This document shows, piece by piece, positions 16,889 through 26,625 of a stretch of DNA of 51,564 bases. Every line of letters starts with the position of its first letter. The stretch's first letter is position 1. Source of the stretch: Candidatus Rokuibacteriota bacterium (lineage in GTDB: Bacteria; JAUVQV01; DATDCY01). The position numbers and the translations under genes are program-made. The stretch spans positions 1 to 51,564 of the forward strand of contig JANOHV010000224.1 of the NCBI GenBank assembly GCA_031406795.1, given 5' to 3'. A model generated the notes under the pieces. It made no database searches. It worked only from the letters and a program-made list of their open reading frames with translations, and was not told the DNA's origin.

Positions 16889-19750
16889 CTAGCGCACGCC
16901 AAGGCTCGCGGTGCTGCCCACGCCGGTCGACGAGATGGCCGTCACCTTCGTGGCGGTGCCGCGTGAAACCAGACCTGCCCCGGAGAAGGACCAGGTGTTG
17001 TCCGCCAGCACCGGCACGGCCGCGATGACCGGTCCGGTCGCATCGCCTGCGTGCAGCGTGATCAGGGAGCCGGGAAGGTTGTCGGTGCCGGTGATCGCCC
17101 AGATCGCCCGCGCCACGGAGTAACTGGCGCGGGTGATCTTGAGCACTTCGGCCTGGGTGGCCTGGATGGTGAAGGTGAGCGTCGAGAACAACCCCCCCTG
17201 ATCCCTGACCCGCACGCTGACGTTGACGAGCGTTGCAGTCGCGGGTCTCCAGGCGATCAGTCCGCCGGCGCTCACGGTCATCCCCGCCGGCCCCGAAACG
17301 AGCGAGAAGGTCAGGATCGAGCCGGGGGCGTCAACGGCCGTCAACTGGAAGCGGTAGTCCCGGTTGATCAGCGCGGTCCCCGGCGGTATCGAGGTGAACG
17401 CCGGGGCGGTGTTCGTGGATCTCACCACGAGCGAGAAGGACTGCGTGGCGAAAAGACCCCCCTGATCCGTCACGCGAGCGGTAACCGGGAACGTGCCGGC
17501 CACCGCAGAGGTGAAGGAGATGCTTCCGGCGGCGCTGATCGTCATCCCCGCGGGGAAAAGGTCCAGCGAGTACGTCAGCGTGTCACCGGGGGTGTCCGTG
17601 GCGACGAGGGCGTAGACGAAGGCCTGCCCCACCAGTCCCGCCGCGGCGGGCGTCGACGTGATCACGGGCGGGCTGCCGACCGCGAGCACGAAGCTCTGCG
17701 TGGCGAACAGGCCCCCCTGATCCGTCACGCGGGCGGTGACCGAGAACAGGCCAGCCGTCGCAGGAGTGAAGGAAAAGACCCCCGTCGGGCCGATCGTCAT
17801 GCCAATGGGGGCGACGTCCAGCGAATAGCTCAGCACGTCGCCGGGGGTGTCCGTGGCCACGAGCGTGTAGACGAAGGGCTGACCCGCCAGCAAACTCGTG
17901 GTAACGGGCGTCGAAGTGATCGCCGGCGGGAGGTTCAACACCGGCACGTTTATGGAATAGATCTGGGTGGCGAAGAAGCCGCCCAGGTCGGTCACGCGAA
18001 CCGTCACGGGGAAGTCGCCGATGGCGGCAGGCGTCCAGGCGACAAGCCCGCTCGCGGAAATCGTCATGCCGAGCGGTGCGACATCCAGGGAGTAGGTCAC
18101 AGGCCCGCCGTTGGGGTCGGACGCCAGCACCTGGTAGGTGTAGGGCTGGTTGCCGATCCCGGTGAGGACCGGGAGCGACGAAATCAGCGGTGCGAGGTTA
18201 TCGGCCACCGTAATGGTGAAGGACTGCGAGACAGAGAGCAAACCCTGGTCGGTCACGGTGATCGTGACATCAGCCGTGTAGGGGAACAGCGCAGCCGTGG
18301 GGGGGAGCCAGGAGACCAGCCCCGTCGTGGGATTGATCGTCATGCCGGCGGGTGCCGTGAACAATGCGTAATTCAGCGTGCTGCCCGGGTCGTCGGTGGC
18401 CAGGACCTGGTAGCTATACGCCTCAAGCGCAATGGCGGTGGTCACGGCGGTGGAGGTGATTGCCGGCGGCCGATTGATCACCGCGACGATCACCGGTTCG
18501 GTGTCCGAGCCGCCGCCCGGAACGGCGGTCTGCGTGATGAAGGCCGGCGGGGCGATCAAGCCGGGGCCGAGAAAGACCGGAGCGTCAATGGGGGTGATGA
18601 TCGGCGGGAGCGCGCTCTGGTCGCTCGAGAGAGCGGCGAAAAGCAGGGTTTGGCTCGAGGGGTCGAAGAAATTGAGCGCCCAGACCGTATCGGTGACCGG
18701 GACGGTGACGATACCCGGCGGGACGTCGCTGATGTTCGTCACGCCGATCGTCGCCGGCAGCGGGGTCGTCGCCCCGTCGAACGGGATGCGGGCGTAGTAC
18801 CGCCCCGCTCCCGGCTCCTCCCGCATGGCCACCCCGAGGGCTCCCACCCCGGTGACCTGGAGGTTCTGCGCGGGCAGCGAACTGGCGAAGACGTCGACGA
18901 AACCGGCGCCCAGCGCGTCGCGCTGGTAGGCGGCGCGATCGACCTTGACGCCGGCGCGTGTCGCGATCTTGCCAAAGAGCACGAAATTGACCGTCGAGAT
19001 CACGGAGGTGCCGTTGATCGTGTTGAGCACGGCGCCGCGGGGCCCGACGATCATGAAGAAGTTCGTGCCGAGCGGGCTGCCGGTCACCTGATGCGGCACC
19101 TGGGGGTTCCCGAGGTAGGCGATGCCGCTGAGCGGATCGACGTAGGGCCGGGCCGGATCGACCACGTCCGGACCTACCCACCGCAGATAGGGGCCGATTG
19201 AGCTCTTGAGGGCGCCGGAGAACGGCCCGATGCCGATGTCAGCGACGTAATTGATGTCGCGTTTCCCGAGCGGGTCCCGCACGACGTTGAAGTCCAGCCG
19301 GCCGTAGGGATGATAGATGGTGTAGATCCCGTCCACCGGCAGCCCGGTGACGCGGACGCGCACCCGACCGAAAGTGATCTGGTCGCCGTTCACCGGATCG
19401 CCGGCGGAGTAGGCGGCTTCCAGACCGAGTACGAGCAGCGCGTCGACCGCACCGGCGCCGAGAATCGCGGCTTCGCCGTACCAGTAGAACGCCTCGCCCC
19501 CGAATCCCGTCTGTACCGACCAGGGATTGGCCGGATCGACGGGGTCGAAGAAGCACGGGCCGTTGAGGCCGTCGCCGTCGAGACAAAGCTCAAGCTTGGT
19601 CCCCGGCGTGTCCTGGTACCACATCGGGAAGCCGTTCGCGGGGTCGACCGGCCCCACGGCGGCGAGCCCGGCCCAGGCGGACTGCGCCAGGCCGAAGAGC
19701 AGCAGGACGAGAACTCCCACCACGTTACGCATGATCCGTTGTGCTTTCAT
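16889..19750 (-). CDS. Large secreted protein: uncharacterised N-terminal domain + five putative Ig (He_PIG/cadherin-like) repeats
   Basis: Signal peptide (AWA); GPVDPANGFPMWYQD..LELC..EAFYW..LEAAY..QITFGR..HPYG; five repeats PPxITS...Y...ATD...L.YSL..AP.GMTI...VTVRVTDQGG..ATQSF. Alternative start at 19771. Confidence 0.8.
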   Translation of the reverse strand: MKAQRIMRNVVGVLVLLLFGLAQSAWAGLAAVGPVDPANGFPMWYQDTPGTKLELCLDGDGLNGPCFFDPVDPANPWSVQTGFGGEAFYWYGEAAILGAGAVDALLVLGLEAAYSAGDPVNGDQITFGRVRVRVTGLPVDGIYTIYHPYGRLDFNVVRDPLGKRDINYVADIGIGPFSGALKSSIGPYLRWVGPDVVDPARPYVDPLSGIAYLGNPQVPHQVTGSPLGTNFFMIVGPRGAVLNTINGTSVISTVNFVLFGKIATRAGVKVDRAAYQRDALGAGFVDVFASSLPAQNLQVTGVGALGVAMREEPGAGRYYARIPFDGATTPLPATIGVTNISDVPPGIVTVPVTDTVWALNFFDPSSQTLLFAALSSDQSALPPIITPIDAPVFLGPGLIAPPAFITQTAVPGGGSDTEPVIVAVINRPPAITSTAVTTAIALEAYSYQVLATDDPGSTLNYALFTAPAGMTINPTTGLVSWLPPTAALFPYTADVTITVTDQGLLSVSQSFTITVADNLAPLISSLPVLTGIGNQPYTYQVLASDPNGGPVTYSLDVAPLGMTISASGLVAWTPAAIGDFPVTVRVTDLGGFFATQIYSINVPVLNLPPAITSTPVTTSLLAGQPFVYTLVATDTPGDVLSYSLDVAPIGMTIGPTGVFSFTPATAGLFSVTARVTDQGGLFATQSFVLAVGSPPVITSTPAAAGLVGQAFVYALVATDTPGDTLTYSLDLFPAGMTISAAGSISFTSAVAGTFPVTARVTDQGGLFATQSFSLVVRSTNTAPAFTSIPPGTALINRDYRFQLTAVDAPGSILTFSLVSGPAGMTVSAGGLIAWRPATATLVNVSVRVRDQGGLFSTLTFTIQATQAEVLKITRASYSVARAIWAITGTDNLPGSLITLHAGDATGPVIAAVPVLADNTWSFSGAGLVSRGTATKVTAISSTGVGSTASLGVR
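17155..18475 (-). repeat. Five tandem Ig-like domain repeats (~255-270 bp) within the CDS
   Basis: Near-identical DNA, e.g. CCTGATCCGTCACGCG at 17461 and 17716. Boundaries approximate. Confidence 0.7.
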
Positions 19751-19811
19751 CGTGTGCACCTTTCTTTCCATGGTCCGTTGTCAGCAGCGAAGACGTACGC
19801 CCGAGCGCTCA

Positions 19812-21110
19812 TCACGGGACGGCCGGGATCGCCGGCCCGGCGCCGCTCACCGGTTCCGCCGGGTCGACCCCGCCGGCCGAGGAGGTCACGGTGACCGTCG
19901 CCGGCGGCGCCAGCATGGGGGGGAGCGCCAGCACGCCGCCGGTGAGCGGGCCGAAGCCGGTGGCCGTCAGCACCGGCGGCACGGCCAGATCACTCGATGC
20001 GGCAGTGACCGTCAGCATGCCCGTCGCGGTGTCGTAGTTCGCCGCCGTGACGCTCACGTCGTCAACGACGGGCCGCGAGACCACGAAGTCAGGCGTGTCG
20101 GAGACGTTCGTCACCGAAACCGTGCCCGGCAGCGGGGGGGCGGCTCCGCCGATAGGCACGCGCAGGAAATACCGGCCGCTCGCCGGCTCCTCGCCCATGG
20201 CGGTCGCCGCAATCCCCGGTCCCGAGAGCTGGACCTGCTGCCCCGGGACGGAACTCGCGAAGACGTCGACGAAACCCGTGCCGTCTGCGGCCCGCGTGTA
20301 CACCGCGCGGTCGACGCCCACGCCGAAGCGGGTCGCAATCCGTCCGGTGAGGGTGAAGAACGGTTCGGTGATCGTGTTGTTCAAGACGCCACCGCGCTCA
20401 AACTCACCGGTGATGTCAACGCCGGCCGGGCCGATGATGCGGAAGAAATTCGTGCCGAAGGGGCTGCCGGTCACGGCATGCCGCAACCCCGGGTTGGCGA
20501 TCAGAGAGACTCCCGTGGCGGGATCGACGAAGGGGAAGCCCGCCGTCGGGGTCAGGAAGGGACCGATGGCCCCCGTGAGCGCTCCGGTGAAGTCCCCGGG
20601 GGCGCCGATGCCGATGTCCTCGGTGTAGTTGACCTGTCGGGAGGCCCGCGGCGCCGTGCCCAGCACAACGTTGAAGCTCTTCGTACCGTAGGGGTGAACC
20701 AGCGTATAGATTCCGTCGACGGGGAAGCCGCTCGCGCGAAAGCGCACCCGCGCGAACGTCACCTGATCGCCGTTTACCGGAGCGCCGCCGGCATAGGCCG
20801 CCTCCAGGGCGATCGTCAGGTCGCCGTTGACCGCGCGGCTATTGATGTTGCCGACGGCCATCATGTAGAAAGCCTCGGCGCCGAAACCCGTCTGCACCGA
20901 CCAGGGGATGGCGGGGTTGACCGGGTCGAAGACGCAGGGCCCGGTGACCAGGCACAGCGACAACGCCACTCCATTCGTATCCCGGTACCAGAGCGGGAAG
21001 CCGTTCCCGGGATCGGCCGGCCCGACCTGCTGAAGCGCCGCCCCCGCCGGCGCTGCCGAGAAACCGATCAGGGCTGCAAAAAGAATCGCCAAACCTGTTC
21101 TGTACGCCAT
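19812..21110 (-). CDS. Secreted protein, paralogue of the N-terminal region of 16889-19750
   Basis: RBS GGAGGAG; signal peptide (AGA); GPADPGNGFPLWYRD..LSLC..EAFY..LEAAY..QVTFAR..HPYG..GSPFGTNFF. Confidence 0.8.
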   Translation of the reverse strand: MAYRTGLAILFAALIGFSAAPAGAALQQVGPADPGNGFPLWYRDTNGVALSLCLVTGPCVFDPVNPAIPWSVQTGFGAEAFYMMAVGNINSRAVNGDLTIALEAAYAGGAPVNGDQVTFARVRFRASGFPVDGIYTLVHPYGTKSFNVVLGTAPRASRQVNYTEDIGIGAPGDFTGALTGAIGPFLTPTAGFPFVDPATGVSLIANPGLRHAVTGSPFGTNFFRIIGPAGVDITGEFERGGVLNNTITEPFFTLTGRIATRFGVGVDRAVYTRAADGTGFVDVFASSVPGQQVQLSGPGIAATAMGEEPASGRYFLRVPIGGAAPPLPGTVSVTNVSDTPDFVVSRPVVDDVSVTAANYDTATGMLTVTAASSDLAVPPVLTATGFGPLTGGVLALPPMLAPPATVTVTSSAGGVDPAEPVSGAGPAIPAVP

Positions 21111-21438
21111 TGTCGCTCCTCCCTTGCCTATTTTGTTCACTTGAGACACCCCTCAGTGCGGTTGTCCGGACCTTTCCCATTCGGGTGTTATTCATTGCTA
21201 AACTAAGCTTTGACTACGGAAATGACAATACTTATAACACACCATTCTTCAGGGGTGCCGCGCCAGGCGAGCGCGTCAGCGCAGATTCAGGCCGGCGTGG
21301 GCGGCGATGACGCGGACGGCAAGGGGCAGCGGAAAAACGCCCGAAAACCCGATCGCGGTTGCCCGCGCACGGCTCCCGGCGCCGCAGGACCGCAGGCAAG
21401 GGTTGCCGCCGGCCCCGCCGCTGTGCTACCTCTGTACC

Positions 21439-23421
21439 ATGAGTAGCGTGCTTGTCGGGAGCGGCGGCGATCTGCTGGCGGCGCTCCAGGTCCTGCAACT
21501 GCCCGCCTTCGCGATCGACGAGGCGGGCGGGATCACCGGCTGCAACGAGGGTGTCCTGCGCGTGCTGGAGTTCGACCCGGCGGCGGTGGTCGGCCGGAAC
21601 ATCGGCGAGTTGCTCTCTCCGGACCCCGCGTCGGCGCCGGCAGCCGGCCTGTTCGGCGCGACCTGCTTGCGCGGGGACGGCAGCTCCTTCCCGGCGGCGG
21701 TGGGTGTCGTGCCCCTGCCGGCCGACCCGGGCGTGCGCCTGGTCGTGGTGCGCGACGCGCCGCAGCTGCGACGGGCGGCCGCGGGGGATTTCGGGGCGGC
21801 GGGCGGCGCGGATGCGGAGCGGGTCGCGCACCTCGAGATCATCAACGAACTCAGCGGTATCATCAACTCCAGCCTGAGCATCGGCACCATCTTCCGCATG
21901 GTGGTCAAGGAGCTGCGCAAGCTGATCGACTACAGCCGCGCCAGCCTGCTGCTCTACCGCGAGAAGCAGGACGACCTGTTGATCTTCGCCCTCGACACCG
22001 AGATGCGCACGGTGATGACCAAGGGCGTCAAGGCGCCGATGGAGGGGACGAGCGCCGGCTGGGTCGTGCGCAACAACCGGCCCTGGATCAGCCACGATCT
22101 GGAGCAGACCCCCTTCGCGCTGGACCGCAAGCTGCTGCGCGAGGGGATCCGCTCGACGATCAGCATCCCGCTCTCCCACGACCGCATGCTCGGCGTCTTC
22201 AACTTCGACAGCACCGTCCCGGACCGGTACTCCGAGCGGGACCTGGCGCTGCTGCTGCCGGTGGCCAAGCACATCGCGATCGCGCTGGAGAACGCGATCC
22301 TCTTCGAGGAGATCTCGCGCGAGAAGAAGGAGTGGGAGCGCACCTTCGACGCCATCACCGACATGGTCTGGATCGAGGACGGCAAGCGCCGGGTCGTCCG
22401 GGCCAACCGCACCCTGCTGCAGAAGACGGGGTTCGCGGCGGCCGACGTCGGGAACCACCACTGCGGCGAACTGCTCGAGCGCCTCGGGGTCGCGGGCAGC
22501 CGCTGTCTGTGCGAGGAGACCCGGGAGGGCCGGCGACCCGCCTCGCAGGAGTTCAACACGGCGGGCGGGAGCATCTTTCAGTTCTACGCCTACCCGCTGT
22601 TCGACGAGGAGGGGAGGCTCTACGCGATCGTCCACTATCTCAAGGATGTCACGGGACAAAAGCGCATGGAGCAGCAGCTGATCCGCTCGGACCGGCTGGC
22701 GTCGCTCGGGACCCTGGTGGCGGGCATCGCGCACGAGATCAACAACCCGCTCGGGATCATCGCGGGCTACGCGGAAGCCCTGCTCGACCGCGCGGTCGAC
22801 CCGGGCCTGCGGGCTGTCGGCGAGTTCGAGGACTTCCCGGAGTACCTCGGGACGATCCACCACGAGATCTTCCGCTGCAAGAGCATCCTGCAGAGCCTGC
22901 TGGAGTTCGCGCGGCCTTCGGCCGGCACCTACCGCGAGATCGACGTCAACGTGCTGATCAAGGAGGTGCTGCTGCTGCTGCAGCATCGCACGGCGCGGTT
23001 GCAGCACCGGATCGACCTGCGCCTGACCCGCGAGTTGCCGAAAATCTTCGCCGACGCCGGGAGCCTGCGGCAGGTGCTGATGAACCTGCTGCTCAACGCC
23101 ATCTATTTCACCCCGGAGGGCGGGAGCATCTCCATCGCGACCGAAGCCGCCGACGCCGGCGCTCCGGTCCGGCAGGGGTTCCCGGCGCGCGCCGGCACGG
23201 TCCGGCTGACCGTCAGGGACACGGGCGCCGGGATCGCGCCGGAGGTTCTGCGCAAGGTCTTCGACCCGTTTTTCACCACCAAGCCGGTCGGGGAGGGCAC
23301 CGGGCTCGGCCTGACCATCAGCCACCGCATCATCGAGGAGCACGGCGGTTCGATCGACGTGGAGAGCACGCCGGGAAACGGGACGGCCTTCGTGATCACG
23401 CTGCCGTCGGCCGCGCCATGA
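21439..23421 (+). CDS. PAS-GAF-PAS sensor histidine kinase (NtrB-like)
   Basis: EWERTFDAI; RLASLGTLVAGIAHEINNPL; NLLLNA; FDPFFTTKPVGEGTGLGL. Start approximate (the ORF track extends it to 21307). Confidence 0.88.
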   Translation: MSSVLVGSGGDLLAALQVLQLPAFAIDEAGGITGCNEGVLRVLEFDPAAVVGRNIGELLSPDPASAPAAGLFGATCLRGDGSSFPAAVGVVPLPADPGVRLVVVRDAPQLRRAAAGDFGAAGGADAERVAHLEIINELSGIINSSLSIGTIFRMVVKELRKLIDYSRASLLLYREKQDDLLIFALDTEMRTVMTKGVKAPMEGTSAGWVVRNNRPWISHDLEQTPFALDRKLLREGIRSTISIPLSHDRMLGVFNFDSTVPDRYSERDLALLLPVAKHIAIALENAILFEEISREKKEWERTFDAITDMVWIEDGKRRVVRANRTLLQKTGFAAADVGNHHCGELLERLGVAGSRCLCEETREGRRPASQEFNTAGGSIFQFYAYPLFDEEGRLYAIVHYLKDVTGQKRMEQQLIRSDRLASLGTLVAGIAHEINNPLGIIAGYAEALLDRAVDPGLRAVGEFEDFPEYLGTIHHEIFRCKSILQSLLEFARPSAGTYREIDVNVLIKEVLLLLQHRTARLQHRIDLRLTRELPKIFADAGSLRQVLMNLLLNAIYFTPEGGSISIATEAADAGAPVRQGFPARAGTVRLTVRDTGAGIAPEVLRKVFDPFFTTKPVGEGTGLGLTISHRIIEEHGGSIDVESTPGNGTAFVITLPSAAP

Positions 23422-24773
23422 TTAAAGTCCTGGTCGTCGATGACGAGGAGCCGTTCCGCAGGCTGCTCAAGCGCGAACTGGGCCGCAAGGGCTTCTCCGT
23501 CGAGGTGGCGGCCGATGGCCGGGAGGCCCTCGGGCTGCTGCGCGAGCGGGCCTTCGACGTGATCCTGCTCGACGTGGTCATGCCGGGGCTGGACGGCCTC
23601 TCGACCATGAAGAAGCTGCGGGAGGACTCCGGTGCGCCGGCGATCATCGTGCTCACCGGCAAGGCCACCGTGGAGACGGCCGTCGAGGCGATGAAGAACG
23701 GCGCTTTCGACTATCTGACCAAGCCCTACAAGCTCGAGGAGCTGGTCATCCTCGTCAATCGCGCCCACGAATACGGCCAGCTGCGCGTGAAGAACCGGCA
23801 GCTCGAGCAGGAACTCGTCCGCCAGGAGTCCCCGGTCGAGTTCGTGGGCAGCAGCCGGCAGCTGCGCGAAATCCTCGCGCTGATCCGCAAGGTTGCGCCG
23901 ACCGACTCGCCGGTGCTCATCCAGGGCGAGAGCGGCACGGGCAAGGAGCTGGTCGCGAACACCCTCTGGCAGCACAGCCGGCGCTGCGCCTCGCCGTTCA
24001 TCCCGCTCAACTGCGCGACCTTCTCGGAGAGCCTCATCGAGTCCGAGCTGTTCGGGCACGAGAAGGGGGCGTTCACCAGCGCCGTCGCGGCCAAGCACGG
24101 CCTGGTCGAGGTGGCGGACAAGGGCACGCTGTTTCTCGATGAAATCGGCGAGATGCCGCTCGCGCTGCAGCCGAAGCTGCTGCGGTTTCTCGACGCGGGC
24201 GAGTACCGGCGCGTCGGGGGGACGCGGGCGCTGAGCGTGGATGTGCGCGTCATCGCCGCGACCAATCGCGACCTGCGCGGGATGATCGCCGCCGGCCGGT
24301 TCCGCGAGGACCTCTCGTACCGTCTCAACGTCATCACGATCACCATCCCGCCGCTGCGCGAGCGCGTGGAGGACATCCCGGAGCTCGCGCGCCACTTTCT
24401 CGGGAAATACAGCCGCAAGATGCTCAAGCCGGTGCGCGAATTCACCCCCGAGGCGCTGCGGGCGCTCGCGCACTATGCGTGGCCGGGCAATGTCCGGGAG
24501 CTCGAGAACGTCGTCGAGCGGGCGGTGATCCTCTGTGAGGGCGAGGCGATTGGCCGGGAGGATCTCGCCGTTGCCGACGGCAGCACGCCCGGGGGCGTCG
24601 CGGGCGAACGGCCCGGCACCGGTTCGCTCGAGGAGATCGAACGCGACCACATCCTGCGCGTGCTCAGAGAGACGGGGGGCAACCAGTCGCGCGCGAGCCA
24701 GCTGCTCGGGATCGACCGCAAGACGCTTTATCTCAAGCTCAGGAAATACGGGGTGCCGGAAACGCCCGCCTGA
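23418..24773 (+). CDS. Sigma-54-dependent response regulator (NtrC/AtoC family: REC-AAA+-Fis HTH)
   Basis: ATGA overlap with the kinase; VLVVDDE; GESGTGKE; ESELFGHEKGAFTSA; LFLDEIGE; WPGNVRELEN; GGNQSRASQLLGIDRKTLY. Confidence 0.93.
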   Translation: MIKVLVVDDEEPFRRLLKRELGRKGFSVEVAADGREALGLLRERAFDVILLDVVMPGLDGLSTMKKLREDSGAPAIIVLTGKATVETAVEAMKNGAFDYLTKPYKLEELVILVNRAHEYGQLRVKNRQLEQELVRQESPVEFVGSSRQLREILALIRKVAPTDSPVLIQGESGTGKELVANTLWQHSRRCASPFIPLNCATFSESLIESELFGHEKGAFTSAVAAKHGLVEVADKGTLFLDEIGEMPLALQPKLLRFLDAGEYRRVGGTRALSVDVRVIAATNRDLRGMIAAGRFREDLSYRLNVITITIPPLRERVEDIPELARHFLGKYSRKMLKPVREFTPEALRALAHYAWPGNVRELENVVERAVILCEGEAIGREDLAVADGSTPGGVAGERPGTGSLEEIERDHILRVLRETGGNQSRASQLLGIDRKTLYLKLRKYGVPETPA

Positions 24774-24787
24774 TGGCCGCGCGCTCC

Positions 24788-24818
24788 TTGACAAGGCCCG
24801 CTTTCGGCATTTTACTGT
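24788..24818 (+). promoter_or_regulatory. Possible sigma-70 promoter for the cytochrome lipoprotein / Cyc2-like pair
   Basis: Perfect TTGACA at 24788 with a weak -10 (TTTACT at 17 bp or TACTGT at 19 bp). Confidence 0.3.
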
Positions 24819-24886
24819 TAAAGAGGAATACACGATCGTGGTCACCGAGGGCATCTGACGGTTCGCATGCTGGGGAGGGTCGGCCA

Positions 24887-25339
24887 ATGGGCTGGAAAGG
24901 CGTTTTTTTCGGTTGTCTTGCGCGGTGTACGCCGGTTGTCCTGCTGCTCGCGGCAGGCTGCGCCGGGGACGGCAGCGGTGTGTCGGAGAGCGATCCGGTT
25001 GCTCTCGAGCCGACGCTGGCCAGCATCGCGGCGAACATCTTCGTGCCCATCTGCGCCGTCTCGGGGTGCCACGCGGGAGCAGGCGCCCCGCAGGGTCTCA
25101 GGCTGGAATCCGCGGGGCTGGCGCACCAGAGTCTGGTCGGCGTGCCCAGCGCCGAGCGCCCGGATCTCGGGCTGCTCCGGGTGAGCGCCGGCCGGCCGGA
25201 TGCCAGCTATCTTGTCTGGAAGATCGAGGGCCGCGCGCAGATCGCGGGTGGCCGGATGCCGCTCGGGCAGCCGCCGCTCACCGAGGCGCAGAGCGCGGCG
25301 ATCAACCAGTGGATCGCCGACGGCGCGCCGGGGCTGTGA
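24887..25339 (+). CDS. Putative monoheme cytochrome c lipoprotein with atypical CX4CH motif
   Basis: RBS GGGGAGG; lipobox-like AAGC; IF...CAVSGCH; SYLVWKIEG; RMP (candidate distal Met); INQWIADGA. Confidence 0.65.
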   Translation: MGWKGVFFGCLARCTPVVLLLAAGCAGDGSGVSESDPVALEPTLASIAANIFVPICAVSGCHAGAGAPQGLRLESAGLAHQSLVGVPSAERPDLGLLRVSAGRPDASYLVWKIEGRAQIAGGRMPLGQPPLTEAQSAAINQWIADGAPGL

Positions 25340-26508
25340 TGAAGAAGCTCCGGCTCGCCGCCATCGGTATCGGGGCTTCGCTTGCACTCTCGCTCGGCGC
25401 CCCGCGCCCGGCGCAGGCCGAGCCGTACCTTTCCGTCCGCAACGGCATGAAATGTTCTCTCTGCCACGTCAACCGCACCGGCGGCGGCATGCGGACCGAT
25501 CTGTTTAAACTGGGCGCCGCGGGATTCCTGAAGTATCCGCGCGGCTGGTTCGCCGACTCCGGGGACGCGGGGGAGCGGTTCTCCGGCAAGCTGCCCGGGG
25601 GCGTCTCCGTGGGCGCGGATTTCCGGGCCGAGAACGTCAGTCTCTTCCAGGATGAGCCCGATGGGGCGGGGCGCGTCCCGTCGAACCGCATCACGCGCCC
25701 GTACCAGGCGAACGACTTCGAAATCGGCGAAGCCGTCGGCTACTTCAAATTCGATCTGCTCCCGGAGCGGCTCGTCTTCTACGCCGCCGAGTCTTTCGCC
25801 CCCGGCGGCGCGGCGAACCGGGAGGCCTTCGCGCTTTTCCCGGTTTCTCTCGCGGGAGGCGGGCATGTCAAGGTCGGGCAATTCTACCCTTCCTACGGCC
25901 TGCGGCTGCAGGACGACGGGGCCTTCATCCGCTCGCGCACCGATTTCAATTTCGACAATCCCGACCAGGGGCTGGAACTCGGGATCGAGGCGGGATCGGC
26001 CTCGGCGGTGGTGTCCGTCACCAACGGCGGCAGCGATCCGGGCGGCGGGCGGGCGAAGCGCTATGCCGCCAACGTCGCCTATCTCAGGCCGGGCGTTCCG
26101 CTGCTGCACACGGTGCTGGTGGGCGGCTCGGTCGCCCGGAACGATCTGTCGCGGCAAACGTTCTACGGCGCCTACGTCGGGACCAGCCCCTGGCGATTGA
26201 CGTTGCTCGCCGAGGCCGATTTCATTCGCGACGAGGCGGAATCGGGGAAACCCGTCGATCGGGCGGCGGCGCACGCGGAGGTCGACTGGCTCGTCGTGGA
26301 CTGGCTGAACGCCCGGCTCGCCTATGACTATTACGATCCCGACCGGGACGTGAAGCAGGACCACCAGGACCGCTTCACCCTCGGGCTGGAGCCGTTTCTG
26401 TCAAGATTTCTGCAGATTCGGCTCTCCTACGTCGTGGCCAACGGGATTCCCCAGAGACCGCAGGACAGCTCGGCGGAACTGCGCGCGGAGGTGCACCTCT
26501 TCTTCTAG
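25339..26508 (+). CDS. Cytochrome c-porin fusion (Cyc2-like architecture)
   Basis: TGATG coupling; signal peptide (AQA); EPYLSVRNGMKCSLCH directly after it; then alternating beta-strands (VKVGQFYPSYG, GLELG, YDYYDPD); terminal HLFF. Confidence 0.7.
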   Translation: MKKLRLAAIGIGASLALSLGAPRPAQAEPYLSVRNGMKCSLCHVNRTGGGMRTDLFKLGAAGFLKYPRGWFADSGDAGERFSGKLPGGVSVGADFRAENVSLFQDEPDGAGRVPSNRITRPYQANDFEIGEAVGYFKFDLLPERLVFYAAESFAPGGAANREAFALFPVSLAGGGHVKVGQFYPSYGLRLQDDGAFIRSRTDFNFDNPDQGLELGIEAGSASAVVSVTNGGSDPGGGRAKRYAANVAYLRPGVPLLHTVLVGGSVARNDLSRQTFYGAYVGTSPWRLTLLAEADFIRDEAESGKPVDRAAAHAEVDWLVVDWLNARLAYDYYDPDRDVKQDHQDRFTLGLEPFLSRFLQIRLSYVVANGIPQRPQDSSAELRAEVHLFF

Positions 26509-26559
26509 TTCTTCCGGCAGGCTGCCTGTTTCTCGTTCTTCAGCGGCCTGCCCGGCCCA

Positions 26560-26599
26560 AGCCCACCACCTGGCGCCGGAAAGGCGAAGGTGGTGGGCT
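26560..26599. terminator. Stem-loop between convergent genes (possible terminator, no U-tract)
   Basis: 12-bp stem AGCCCACCACCT / AGGTGGTGGGCT. Confidence 0.45.
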
Positions 26600-26625
26600 C
26601 GTGAAGTTCGTCGCTGGTTTGCCGA

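Noticed and set aside
21244-21262. Sigma-54 promoter for the 21110 operon (CGGCAC-N-AAGA on the minus strand)
   Set aside because: The -12 GC is absent; insufficient support.
22332-23417. N-terminal extension of the 813-aa ORF 22332-24773
   Set aside because: It overlaps the kinase in another frame; the real start is ATG 23418 (ATGA coupling).
24913-25338. N-terminal extension of ORF 24913-26508
   Set aside because: It overlaps the lipoprotein gene; the signal peptide begins at ATG 25339.
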